This document shows positions 1-13,384 of a stretch of 64,000 nucleotides of DNA, one piece after another; positions within the stretch are counted from its first letter, which is position 1, and every line of letters begins with the position of its first letter. The DNA comes from Octopus bimaculoides. Taxonomy: Eukaryota. The notes beneath the pieces are model-generated. The model saw only the letters and a program-made list of their open reading frames with translations. It was not told where the DNA came from and did not search any database. Where the stretch lies: the NCBI RefSeq assembly GCF_001194135.2, contig NC_068983.1, forward strand, positions 114,335,693 through 114,399,692, in the 5' to 3' direction. A program made the translations under genes and the position numbers.

Positions 1-204
1 ATATATATATATATATATATACCACAAGAATAGGGATTTCAAGCCTCAAACAGAGCTCACTGTAAGCTTGCCACCTGGTGCACAGCTATCAAGAAAAACA
101 GTGGTTAAAGCAAGAGTTTAATGTCACCATAGTTCTGAAATCCAGGAATCACAATGGTGGAGAGTGTATATGTGCATATATATATATATACACACACACG
201 GAAC

Positions 205-300
205 AGATAATTGGCGCCTCAACAGCTCTCTGGTTAGTAAGCTCCTATCACACTGTCCAACCTATGCCAGCATGAAAAATGGACATTAAACGATGATGGT
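205..300 (+). mobile_element. RTE-derived 3' tail fragment
   Basis: ctgtccaacctatgccagcatgaaaaatggacattaaacgatgatgg matches the tail at 49970-50040 and, reversed, 23950-24000. Confidence 0.5.
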
Positions 301-1046
301 ATATGAGTTACAAGAATATCTTATAAAAACAAAATGCACACACACGCACCAAGTCAAAAGTCATTAAATGAACAAAGTAAAGAAATGAGCTGGATATGTA
401 AAGAAGAGGATGTGAATGGAGTTAGAGACAAAGAAAGTGGAATTAACATCATTGATCTTGGTCAGTGATGGCTGTAGGAGAGATTTGAGGAAGAGAGATG
501 GGCAGACAGGAATAAGAGTAAACAAAAAAAATGGTGAGAGAGAGTGACAGGAGAGTGAGACAGACAAACAAACATATAGATAAATATAGAGATAGACACA
601 GACAAAAAGATAGAGAGACTACAGATAGAGGAAAAGATAAATAGAAAAAATACTGATAGATAAACAGATACATATCTTGGTTATCTATCTTTGTCTTCTT
701 GAAAAAAGTTCCACCAAACAAGTTAAAGAAATCAGCAGCAGGTTAAGGATTGCCTAATATTAATCTAACAAGCAATACAATAGGTGCCCTATGATTGATC
801 TGTATTCATTTGTCTGTCTATCTATCTAGCTAACAAAAGAGACAAGATGGTATCATTGTATCAGCTAAGAGCATGGCTGGTGGATTGGGAGGTGGTGGTG
901 GTGGTGGAGAACTAAATGCTGATGACTAGCAGCACTAAAGGCTATCTAATATGTAATGATTGCAGCGACAGTGGAACAGGACATTGGCAGCTGGGGATGA
1001 GAGAAAATAGAGAAATGAGTAAAAAAAAAAGAATGAAAGAATCAAG

Positions 1047-1268
1047 AAGCAGCAAGCTGGTAGAATCATTAGTATGCCAGGCAAAATGCTTAGTGGTATT
1101 TTGCCTGTCTTTATGTTCTGAGTTCAAATTCCGCTGAGGTCAACTTTGTCTTTCATCCTTTCAACTTTACCTTTCAAATTAAGTACCAGTCAAGCACTGG
1201 GGTTGATGTGATCAACTTACCCCCTCCCCCACTATGGGGCCTTGTGCCTATAGTAGAAAGGATTATTA
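1047..1268 (+). mobile_element. tRNA-derived SINE family A
   Basis: A-box-like tggtagaatcatt, B-box gagttcaaattcc, central gaggtcaactttgtctttcatcc, 3' ggccttgtgcctatagtagaaagg plus ATT tail; about 20 related copies in the window. Confidence 0.85.
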
Positions 1269-1374
1269 ATATTCCCAAGGCAGTACCTGAACATGGCCAG
1301 AGTTTAATGACTGAAACAAGTAAAAGGTAATAGATAAAAGAATGGGAGAAGGAAAAAGTAAAACAAAAGAGAGA

Positions 1375-1414
<40 letters not shown>

Positions 1415-1627
1415 AGCAGGGGAGAAATGGCAGCAGTGAAAGTTTGATGAAGATGTGAAACAAAAAGATACAAAAAAAAAAAAGAAAAAAATGGTATCTC
1501 TTTTAGTAATCACTTAAATTCGGATACATTTCCCCATATGACCCTAACTGATAAAGTACAGCAAAAGTTTTCTTGTCAATGTAAGCATACGCATAATGAT
1601 AATTCAGATGATGATGATGAGGATAAA

Positions 1628-1862
1628 AATAATAATAATGGTTTCTGATTCAGGCACAAGGCCAGCAACTTTGAAGGGTGGGGAAGGGACTGTCAATAGA
1701 ACTGATACCAGTAACTTACTGGTTCTTTATTTTGTTTAGACTGGAGTAATGAAAGACATAGTTGACCTTGACAGGATTTGAACTCAGAACAAAAAGAACC
1801 AGAACAAATACCGCAGGACATTTTATCTGACACTTTAATGATTCTGCCAATATACCCACCTT
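1628..1862 (-). mobile_element. SINE family A (second tail variant)
   Basis: (AAT)n then ggcacaaggccagcaac...atttgaactcagaac, the reverse complement of family A. Confidence 0.8.
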
Positions 1863-2096
1863 TATAACAACAACAACAACACTAATAAAACAGTGCATGT
1901 AGCTAAACAACAGGAGCAGTGCATAATAACGGTGATAACACCAACAAAACAGAGAGAAAATAGGAGAAAGAGAGGCATAGTAGTGGTGAGAGATGAAGCA
2001 ATGTTAACTATTATACACTAGAAGGCACACACACACACACACACACCTCTAGCTGCTTGCTTTGCTAAGTCTAAGGATCTTTAAAAGACTACATAT

Positions 2097-2127
<31 letters not shown>

Positions 2128-2992
2128 CTGTGTGTGTATACACTCCGTGATGGAGGCTGGAAGCTGGCAGTTCTTCAAAACCAAAGCCAGAAACAGAGGC
2201 AGTAGCACTGGGTACAAACAAGCAAGGCTGTCAGCCAAAAGAAAGGATTACAAAATAGATATTTACCAAGAGAGAGGAAAGAGATTGCAGTAAAAACAGG
2301 GAATGAACAAGAGAGGGGGAAGAGAGAGAACGAGAAAGGAAACGATTGGAGGAGGAATGAAGTATAGGAGTAGAAGTAAAACTAAGACAGAGATAGCAAA
2401 GAAATAGATGCAAAAGGTAGAGAGGGGGGGGGGGAGAAAGAGAGGAGGAAGAAGAACATGAAGAAAAAAGTTAAAGGCACTAGAAAAAGAGAACTAGAAT
2501 AATCTGTATGCGGAATAAATAAATACATAAATATTCTTAAAGGATGTGAGAAAAAAATACAAAAACTTTCTTTCAAAAGAGTAAAGGTTCTCAGAAAGTC
2601 CTTTTATAGGAAAGCAGAGAGAAGGAAGGAGGGAGTGAAACTAGAAAGCACCAAGGGGATGCAGATAGATAAGAGGGAGTTGGAGAAAGATATAGGGGAA
2701 AATAAAATGGTTTTGGTGAGGGGGAGGTGGACTGTTAAAAGCAGTAGGCCACTGGGATAACTAAATCAGCTGACAGTGTAGAGAATGAGTAGGCCTCTGT
2801 GTGTGTGTAATTGTGAGAAAGGGTCAATACATAATTCATTCAATATATGATATGGTGGCAGGGAATAACAACAAATACAAGATATATTGTTTCCTTAGAC
2901 AATTTCTTTGATATGATTTCTGCAGGAAACAAGAAAGCTGTTATACTCTTGTGTGTATGTGTATGTATGGGGGTATTTATATATATATTTGA

Positions 2993-3058
<66 letters not shown>

Positions 3059-3558
3059 CAAGACTGAATATGAAAATAATTCAATGAAGAAAGTGAGTGT
3101 TATTTTAAAGACAATAACGCTTTCTTTAATATTATAATATTATAAATAGATTATGGTGGGGAGAAGCTAAACACACACACACACACATACGCACACACAC
3201 TAAACTTTTAATAGATGTTTTAAAATAAAACAGTACAGTAAGAATATATACCAAAAGTAAAGAATTTATATAAATTCTACATGCATAAAAACAGAATTCG
3301 TCTTGATAAGGGAGAAAGCTAAGAATGGTAAAAACCACTCTGAAAATGTTAGGTCACTGCAATGGAATCCAAGTGATATCTTGTAGGAGAGAGGCAGGAA
3401 GAAGTAGAGCATGTTTCAAGGCAAGCCTGCTACCAAACAACCTTCACATCAGATTGAGTCACCAACAACTTCCAGAAGGAAGAGCTAATGACATCTCCAA
3501 GAATGAACTACCCAGCTAGGATAATCAAATACGATGAATAAATAGAAGAAAATTTTGA

Positions 3559-3595
<37 letters not shown>

Positions 3596-3656
3596 AAGTT
3601 TATATACATGTGTGTGTGTGTGTATACGCATACATACATTTATATATATAAACATT

Positions 3657-3711
<55 letters not shown>

Positions 3712-4461
3712 TATGTACTCATACATACACATGCACACACACATACATATATATATGCATATATAAAGAGTTATTAATGAGGGATTATCAATCCAGTAAA
3801 AATATTTTATAAGCATTGTTAATACAAATACACCAGGCTAACAAAACTTTCACATTAGTAGAGAACTCTGCATATGCTTATGGTAGGGTCCAAGGTTTTA
3901 GTTCATCAATCACCATTCCATATTGTAAAATCCACGGTTGTCTTCCCAGTTAGACAGGACTTTTACAAGAGTAATATACAAGACAAGGTATAAATAGTGG
4001 TCATTAAATATTCCTCTATTGTGGTAAATATAACTTGTAGCTGTCTCTGATAATTGTTATAGGTTCGTTCATTGATCGGTTTGCTCAATCGGTCAATTGA
4101 TTAGTTGAGAAAAGTTGAACGATCTTTAAGAAGTAAGGCTGTCAGAGTCAGAGCATACATACATATTAGTCACACCTACACTTACATATACAAGACATTG
4201 CTTAAAATTGTTTAACATTACAACTAATTACAAAATATACATGTGTGTGTATTTACATATTCATGTATGTATGGATGCATGTATTGAAATAATAGCTAAC
4301 TGATTTGATAGATAAATACACACATAAGATACACTGATAGATAGCTCAGTACAGAAATTGATGTAAGGGATACTGAGCTAAATAGTTACATGAATGGATA
4401 TACACAGATAAATTTGTATGTATCTCCCTACATCTATCTGTGCATCTATCAACATCATCAT

Positions 4462-4640
4462 CACTCTATGTCTACTTTCCATGCTGGCATGGGTTAAACA
4501 ATTCAACAGGATCTCTCATCCTTCCTGCATGATGTGATCTTTTAGCCCATCACATCCTGCTGAATAATTTACATGACATGGCCCTCTAACATGTCAGATC
4601 CTGTTGACCCATCCAACTCCTGCCAGCATAAGAAGCAGAT
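4462..4640. repeat. Inverted pair of RTE-tail-like sequences enclosing two hairpins
   Basis: tcaacaggatct (4503-4514) and agatcctgttga (4596-4607) are a perfect inverted match; atgctggca (4481-4489) pairs with tgccagcat (4621-4629). Confidence 0.6.
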
Positions 4641-4890
4641 ATAAAATGGTTCGTGGGAAGAGCCAATTTAACGATGCGTCCTGCCCTAACTCTTCGAAAC
4701 ACCAGTGTTTTAATGGTGGCAGCTGATGAAGGATATGTTCTCTATGTGGCCTACTTGTTTTTTGTACCTTGTTTATCATTTTGTCCATGTTCTTTTGCAA
4801 CGTCATGTACCCAGATATGTATCTATATGTACATGTAGATGAAGGTATGTACATAGATGTACATATATATGCATATACTCATATATTGTT

Positions 4891-5005
<115 letters not shown>

Positions 5006-5652
5006 TAGATAGACAAACAGACATGGCTAGACAGAAAGAAAAAACTTGATAGATGGACAGAAACATAAATGGTTGAATAAATTAAGTTGTTAAAAATTTT
5101 CCTGAATAATTAAAGTTGGAAATGATTTCAGAAATGATTTAAAACCAAAACATAGCAGACAATGGGGATTACATAGGAATCATATAAGCTGAGATAACTA
5201 AAATGTAAGTTGGATTATTGAAATGATCAACAACATCTAAATGATTTAATGAATTTTCCTGTCGTAATAATTTTATTTCATTTCATCAAAGTTACTGATA
5301 TTCTCAGAAAATATGTTTCGAAATATATGAGACAACTCTTTTTAATTACTACTTCCAGCTTCTTGCATTTTATTACTTAGTAAGAAATAATTATTGTTTA
5401 GCTGGAGAAAGTGCCATGGAGTAGTAAAAACTACGAAGTGAGCTGAGATAATGTTATATACAATGTTTAGTGATTTCTGAGTTCAAATCTAGTTAGAGTT
5501 GACACTGTCTTTCAATATCCCAGGGGCATGATAAATACTAGAATCAATTCAATGGTATCCTCCATTCACTCAAAAATGTGTAGCACTTTATACCACTGAA
5601 TGAAGAGTGGCTAATGTGCTGGAATAAAACCCAGGCAGTATTAAATTCATAA

Positions 5653-5846
5653 AGGCGAGCTGGCAGAATCGTTAGCATGCCGGGCGATATGCTTAGCGGT
5701 ATTTCGTCTGTCTTTACATTCCAAGTTCAACTTTGCCTTTCGTCCTTTTAGGGTCAATATATTAAGTACCAGTTGCATACTGGAGTTGATCTAATTGACT
5801 GGCTCCCTCCCCCAGAATTTCGAGCCTTGTGCCTAGAGTAGAAAAG
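5653..5846 (+). mobile_element. SINE family A, young copy with TSD
   Basis: CpGs retained; 16-bp TSD with one mismatch, agtattaaattcataa (5637-5652) and agtatttaattcataa (5847-5862); followed by an older family A remnant to about 5940. Confidence 0.9.
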
Positions 5847-6108
5847 AGTATTTAATTCATAACTCTTCTATTCAGAGTTTAGATCCTACAAGGGTTAACT
5901 TTGCTGTTCATCAATATGGAATTGATAAAATAAGTACTAGTAGTTATGCTGTTTGTCAATCAAATCAATCAACTAATCTGCCATCTCTTATGAATCTTGT
6001 AGTTTTAGTGTTAATGCAAACTTTAGAAAATAACCAAAATATAAGATAAAAAGAAGTTACAGCCTAACTTTAAAATCCTCTCAAAAACTTATTTGAAAAA
6101 TTATTATA

Positions 6109-6111
<3 letters not shown>

Positions 6112-6147
<36 letters not shown>

Positions 6148-6356
6148 GTTTCAAATTTTGCCACAAGGGCAGCAGTTTGGGGGGAGGGGATGAGTTGATT
6201 ACACTGACCCCAGTGTTCAACTGATACTTATTTTATTAACCCTGAAAGAATGTAAAGCAAGGTCGACCTCAGCAGAATTTGAACCTAGAACAGTGGCAGA
6301 CGAAATACCGCTTAGCATTTCACCTGGTGTGCTAACGATTCTGCCAGCTTGCCATC
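6112..6356 (-). mobile_element. SINE family A with (AAT)n tail
   Basis: Full length, from the (AAT)n tail to the head gctaacgattctgccagcttgcc. Confidence 0.9.
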
Positions 6357-6551
6357 ATAATAACAATAATCCTTTCTACAATAGACACAAGGCCTGAAAT
6401 TTGGGGGAGGGAACTAATTAATTGCATCGACCCCAGTGTTTCCCTGGTAATTAATTTATTGACCCTGAAAGGATGAAAGGCAAAGTCAACCTCAGTGAAA
6501 TTTGAACTCAGAATGTAGCGACAGGCGAAATTCCGCAAGTATTTCGCCCAG
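6357..6551 (-). mobile_element. SINE family A, tandem with previous copy
   Basis: cctttctacaatagacacaaggcctgaaattt...aaaggatgaaaggcaaagtcaacctc...gaactcagaatgt; head slightly truncated. Confidence 0.85.
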
Positions 6552-6844
6552 AGTAATCATAACAGCAACAACAATTATGACGACAATGATGATGATGATA
6601 ATGATAATAATCCTTTAATAATATATGAGGATTGACGTAAATCTTCACAAAAGTAAATAACACAATAAGAATTGTGCAATATGATATGTAATGAAATACA
6701 GATTGACTCTGTTGAAATAATGTTCAATTTAGCAAAGAGATTCAATCTGTATTTTATTACATATATCACATTCTTATTGTGTGATGATAATAACAACAAC
6801 AGTAACAATTTTTTCTAACATAAGACATGTTATAATAACCATAA

Positions 6845-7530
6845 CCACCATCATCATCCTATGTCTGCTTTTTCCATGCTGGTATGAGTTGGCTGAGACT
6901 TCTTGAGGTAGTATTCTATGGCTGGATACCCCTTCTAGATGCCAGCTTTTGTTTTCAAGTGAAGCACTTCACTTCCACTGGTCTTTGCACATTGAACAAC
7001 CGCACTCTGAGGCATTGTAGATGTGGGCCATATACAAAACATCACTGCTGCCTGTGTGAAGACAGGAAACAAACACAAACACACATGCACATACATTTGC
7101 ACATGCACATATGATGGGCTTCCACACAATTTCCATTAACTAAATTTCACTCAAATATTGGGCAACTGGAGGTTATAGTACAAAGTATTTACCCATAATG
7201 CTATACAGAGGATTGAACTTGAAACCATGTAGTAGCAAAGCAAACTTTTTATTCATACAAGTTCTAATAATTCTGATTTCGAACATTAGTGGAAGATCTT
7301 GAATTAAAAGGGTGGGGTATTGTCAATTGCATCTACTCCTAATATTTGGGTGGTATCTTATGTTAAGAACCACAGAAAGAAAAAAAAGCAAAGTTGGTGT
7401 CAGTAGCATTTTAACAGAACAGACAGCACTGTAACTAAATAATCGTTTCTAATTTCAGCACAAGGCCAGCAATTTTGAGGTGTTGGGGCTAGTTGATGAC
7501 ACTGATTCCAGTACTTGATTGGTATCTGAT
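6845..7530 (-). mobile_element. Cluster of old SINE relics (families B and A)
   Basis: catcatcatcc...ttccatgctgg tail, aaatttcactcaaatattggg...gattgaacttgaaaccatg head, and cacaaggccagcaattttg fragments. Confidence 0.55.
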
Positions 7531-8242
7531 TTTATCCACCACCCCACAATCACCCATAGTAATGAAAGTTTAGGGGAAAAAGATTTATGAGTAAAACAAG
7601 AGGAAAGAGGGAGCATAAAATTTAGTTGGGAGTATTTTCAACTTCGGTTTGGCTGACGCAAATGTCATATGTCAAACCAAAGATTTCATGTCTACAAAAT
7701 GACGCATCCAGAAAAATCAACCCTAACCAAGTCTGTGTACCACCCACTCTTCAAGTACAGCTGTTGTTGCTGCTTTAACATATGTAGCTAGCATATATGA
7801 TACAGTACTTATTTGGTTACAAAATATTGCTTGGTAACTAACATGTGATAATACAAAACCAATGTAAAGAAGCTAGCTAGTTACAGAGCCAATCATGAAT
7901 ACAAGTCAGAAAAATTCTAAGGGAACAAAACCATACATTAAACAGTGGCTCTTAAACCTTTGATGTTGGTGCATTGTGTATCAAGTAAAAGAATTATTGG
8001 TATACTTTGTAATAAAAGTTAAAATAATTTATGTTTATAAGTTAAAAATTAGAAAAAAATATAGAAAGACTATTATTTTTTCTTATTAATCATATTTGTG
8101 TAAAATAAGATATTGAATAACATGTTTTTAAAGACATTCAATTGTTAGTACAGATTTTCTAAAGCTTTAAACAATAGTTTTTAAAATCTGTGGTGTACCT
8201 GGATACCCCTTATGGAGCTCTGCTTGAGAAGTACTTCTTTAA

Positions 8243-8463
8243 CTGTTTTGGTACCAATCTGCTAGAGACCTCACCTAATTCTATGATACAAATGTCTTGC
8301 TTTAATATTATCTAAATTAAAACCTCTATCAAAATTCCTTTGTATGTTCCAAACACAAGCTTAATAATGACATTTTATTTTATCAAATTCTTCATTATTT
8401 TCAAAATTAATTGAAATAAATGCAGAGTATGTCAAGGATATACTGTAACATAAGCATGGAGGG
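8243..8463. mobile_element. piggyBac-like MITE (decayed)
   Basis: Starts after TTAA; internal ttcattattttcaaaattaattgaaa is shared with 52040-52260; termini degraded. Confidence 0.55.
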
Positions 8464-9761
8464 TGACAATAAACCTGCCATTAATGCTAAAGAGACTTAC
8501 TGTAAATAAACCTCAGTAGCAAACAAGGTCTCAATAACTAAACTCGCCATTAAAGCAGAAATTCATCAACTGATATATATGCTTAAAGAGCTAATGAAAA
8601 CTGCACACAATATTCCCATCTTATTAAATCTGAAAACTCTGAACCATTTAAAAACAAAATGAGTAAGAAAATCAAAGTTATGTTCAATGTACACTGCCAC
8701 ATACTCCTATTCCATTAACTAGTCAGAAGATATATTAGAAACAACTGAATCTAATCAAAGGGTTTTTTATTGTTTCTTTCTTTTATGACAGCATTTGAAT
8801 GTATTTTGCATTAATAACTATTATTAAAGCTATCAATATCTGTCAAAACTTTGTTGCTATGTATATAACCATGACTGAGAACTGATTTTGTTTTTCGTAA
8901 CCAATATATAACAGACTTCATTTTTGTATGAAATAAAAACTGTAGTTTGCACAGCATTTCATCAAAATAACTTCCTAGAAAAATAGATATGAAATAAATC
9001 AAAAATAAATAATCAAGCATATTGTTTAGTTATCATTAATAAAACATGGCTAGCTTTAGTAGCTTTTGAGATAGCAAATTTGACACTCAACCAATATAGC
9101 AAATAAACTAATAAAAACAGAGGAACCTAAGATTCGATATATATATATTGGACAAAGAGATAATAATGGTAGTTGGCCAACACAATGCAATGTAAAATTT
9201 AATTTGAAGAAAACTCTTATCCCGTGACTGATTGCAAAAAATGATGATGGTTAAAAACGGTTGTCATTACTGAAGTGTTAGTCAAATGATTTGTAATTTT
9301 AAACATTTTCGAAAAACCTAGAAACAAAAGGGACAAGTTTGATAGTCCATCTACACCACTGACTGATGAAAAATGAAAGACAAAACAAGTCTTTTAGTAT
9401 TCTCAGTCTTTAGAAGAATTAACAGAAGCTAATTTGTGCTTTTTAAATAACATTGGAGCAACATCTCTCTAGACAAACACTGTCACATGACAAAACCACA
9501 GAACAGTTAAGAGACAACTGCTCAACCTACTAGATGTAACAACCAAACCAGTTAGTAACCATGTTTTTTAATGAGAGGAATACCTTATTCTAAGTTTGGG
9601 GTTATTCTAAAAAGAATCAATAACTAGGAGAAACTCAATAAACTAACCTTTTTTTTATTAAGATGGTATCTGGAACATTTACAACTATAACATGATATCA
9701 AGACAAGAAAACACAGACAGGAGCACATTCATGCATCTTCCCATACATACATGCATATACC

Positions 9762-9778
9762 ATATATATATATATGTA

Positions 9779-9856
<78 letters not shown>
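9762..9856. repeat. (AT)n microsatellite
   Basis: Direct reading; source of the YI-repeat pseudo-ORFs. Confidence 0.95.
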
Positions 9857-9858
<2 letters not shown>

Positions 9859-10139
9859 TACATGGACGGGATACCAAATGCACTTTTACCGAAGGACAAG
9901 AAGCTGAACAGACACAATGCTGAACAAACAAAGACAAAAGGATAAGTTACCAAAAAGACATACGAAAATTAAAATTTAATCTCATTAAATCTTAAGTGCT
10001 AAATTGGTGAATTGGTCATTAAACTATGAAGGTAGGAATGTTTTTTTTTTTTATTATTGTGTCTGTTCGGCTTTATGTCCATTTGGCACCATGTCTGTTC
10101 GGTTTCTTGGTCTGATGCAGGGTTAATCACTTTGTCAGC

Positions 10140-10400
10140 TGAGTGGATTGGAACAACATGAAATGAAGTGTTTTGCTCAAGAGCATTTACCTGGCCCAGG
10201 AATTGAAACCACAAACTCACAATCAGGAGTGCAACACCCTAACCATCACTAAGCCATGTGCCTCTACATATTAAATCTATCAAATTCCCTCTTAAGGCTT
10301 TGGTTGGCCTGGAACTATAATAGAAGACATCTGCCCAAGGAGCCACACAATAGATCTAAACCTGAAACTATGTGGTTGAGAAGCAAACTTCTTATAACAC
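10140..10400 (-). mobile_element. SINE family B relics
   Basis: ctataatagaagacatctgcccaagg...aaactatgtggttgagaagcaaacttctta is the reverse of the family B head. Confidence 0.6.
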
Positions 10401-10775
10401 TAACATGCCTATGTGTACTTATTAATCAGAATAGTTAATTACTAAATTTAACACTCATGCAGAAAATTACAATCCAAAATGATACGGTAGAGAGAAAGTA
10501 GTATGCACAAGTATGATTCAAGACTTTCAAAGAAAAACTGCACATTAATATGTCTGTCTGGCAAAATTAAGGAGCAGCTTTGTGATAAAATTAACTATAA
10601 TAGGTATAGGGGTAAACTCTATAAAAGTGGAAATTTTAGAAGGGCTCTGTCTCTAGAGGAATGGCAGTATCCTGCTAAGATATAAAGCTAGGTAAGATTT
10701 GCAGCTGATTCTCAAGTGGTGTATTTAACAGTAGCAGTTGTGGCAGTGATAGAAGGAGGGAAGAGATTGGTTTAC

Positions 10776-10784
10776 AAAAAAAAA

Positions 10785-10830
<46 letters not shown>
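10776..10830. repeat. Poly(A) run
   Basis: About 55 nt of A with one C. Confidence 0.95.
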
Positions 10831-10834
<4 letters not shown>

Positions 10835-11227
10835 CATCTCTAGAGAATCTCTGTGAAGCTATGATGTGAGGGACATTTACCAATAGGTATTTGAAAGGAA
10901 AGAGTTAATAACTGAACAATTTAAGGAAAAATGTAAAAAGTATTAATAACACATAACTTAGTAGTATAATTTTAAAAGTTCTCAATCATATTCTGCTCAT
11001 AAACAGTAAAGGAATTTGACTCAATTCTTGATTGAAATGGTGGGGGTTTTTTCCACTCGTTAAGCATAGAATGAGATAAGTCTGGTTTTAACACAGAAGA
11101 CATTAAATTATGCAGTGAAGTTTGTATATTTGGATAAGTCCTTATGATGTGAAAAGAAGAGGATGAGATTTTGGAATTGAACTATTGTCTGAGAAAAAAA
11201 ATTCAGGATTTTAAGAGCAGTAATTCA

Positions 11228-11228
<1 letters not shown>

Positions 11229-11276
<48 letters not shown>

Positions 11277-11463
11277 GTAATAATAATGGTTTTTGAATTA
11301 GGTACAAGTCCAGAAATTTAGAGGGAAGGGGATTGGACCATAGTGCTTGATTGGTACTTTATTTTATTGTCCTTCAAAAGGATGAAAGGCAAAGTTGACA
11401 TCAGAACATAAAAAAAGAACTGGAACAAATACCACAAGACATCTATTCTGCCAATCCTCCCTC
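11229..11463 (-). mobile_element. SINE family A with long (AAT)n tail
   Basis: aaggatgaaaggcaaagttgacatcagaac core; internal deletion. Confidence 0.75.
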
Positions 11464-12376
11464 CACCCCTGACATCAATAATAACAACAATAAATCAAGA
11501 GTGAAATGTAAATAAAAATCCACACAGAGACTGAGAAAGCTAGTGGTGGTCAGTAAAAATATTTTTCTCTCTGAGACAGAAGGTTAGTCTTGCTGAAATG
11601 TCTACATCCTCTTTTCACCTTTGGCTTGCAAACTCATAAGCTTAACTCTATAATTTTGCAGTAGATGCAAACTTTTACCAGTTTGGTTGGAATCAGTTTC
11701 TTTTTTGAATTTATAATAATCAAGGTTCAACTTTTTAAAGTTACATATAGAAAAGTATTCTTATCATTCTTTGTTAACCTCTATTGAGTATTTATAGTTA
11801 CACATTAAATATTCATACTTCTTCATGTCAAGCCAGCTAACCAGCTAACTCTCTCTCTCTCTCTCCATTCAAGTATTTAACTGTTTATTTAAGGTTTTGT
11901 CAAGGTTTTGGTCTGTTAATATTTTGCTTGTTTTATATATATATATTGTTCTAATCAATTTCATTATGTATATTTTGATTAATTGTTGGTAATTATCTAT
12001 GAAATATATTTAAAGAAATAAATTGCAATTATGTAAACATAATTATTTTTAGTCATAACACCATGCCAAGGTTATTTTCCTTCTTGTTGTAGCTGAAAAG
12101 TTTGGATGTTTCTTGCCTAAATTCCTACTCTCTTTCTCTCTCAAAATCTCTTATTATTATTATTCCTTGGACTAACTACTACAACGCATGAAAACTAGGA
12201 CAGACAATCAGATCTAATTCAGCAAGTTTAGGTAACTAACAGAAAGCAATTCAGGACTGCCTGTCAGGGAAATAATAAGACTACTGGCAACAGCAACAAT
12301 CCTCTCTCATTTGAAAGGCTACAGATGAGTAGGTGAATGTTTATACACAGGCTACATCTAAGATTACAAAGTTCCT

Positions 12377-12420
12377 CCTGCAAACAGAGAAGAGAAGAAG
12401 AAGAGAGAGAGAGAGAATTT
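12377..12420 (-). other. Strong 3' splice acceptor; downstream exon appears non-coding
   Basis: Minus strand ctctctctcttcttcttctcttctctgtttgcag|GAGGAA; all three frames stop within 40 codons; donor not identified. Confidence 0.35.
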
Positions 12421-12739
12421 GTCAGAGAATGAAAACTTGAGAAATCTACCAACCAGATTTATTTATCAGATGAAAAAAAATAAATAAATAAATAAAGATG
12501 AAGATAATTGCAATAATACATATAAAAAACAAAAATGTTCTAGAAACCAAACAGTTTTGGAAGTTTTCTGTGCCTACAGCAATGATGAACATGATGATGA
12601 TGATGATGATAATGGTGGTGGTGATGGTAGGATGATAATGATGGTGATGATGATGACGATAGCAGCTTTGGAAAAATACCTTTTATGTAGAATATGTTGA
12701 ATGATAGATAATCTAATGTATATTTTTCAGTTTTTTTTT

Positions 12740-12780
<41 letters not shown>

Positions 12781-13384
12781 AGGTTTCTTTTTAACCTAGG
12801 ATTCTACTTTGTCATACATTCCAATGGCCTTTCCCCTCATTGACTTATAAGAAACAAAAAGAGAGAGAGAGAGAGAGAGAGAGAGTTTTCCATTTTCGTT
12901 TATTTTCTACAATGATTCTCTTTCAAACCAAGCAGCAGTAATATGGCGAAGCCCTCCTTTTTAAAGCCAACTGCAACAATCCTCTGAATAACAGAAACAG
13001 AAATGATATAAGGGTGGGGTAGCAGTTTAATAATGTCTGGCCAACACTTTCCTTCTTAACCCCCTACCCCCACTATCTTGAACCCATTACAGACTTTAAT
13101 TAAAGCAAAAATATTGCGCTGTTTAAACAAGCAGAAAGATTTTTGTCAACTGCGAACCTTTCCTTTTTTGTTTTTTTCTTAGCCTGGTTTAATTGATAAT
13201 TGCTGTCCTGAGAACTGGGACAGTAATCAGGTTTAAATTAACATTAAAGTTTACTCTCATTAATATTGATTAATAGATAAAGAGAAGAAAAATAAATACA
13301 TGAAACCATTAATCTTCAATATGTATTCAAACTGAAGCAATGATTATATGTTTTGTAGTAGTGCAGCCCTGTTGTAAGGTAGTG

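Noticed and set aside
7944-8240. Possible hAT element (cagtggctcttaaacc...ttgagaagtact)
   Set aside because: TIRs poorly matched and no 8-bp TSD found.
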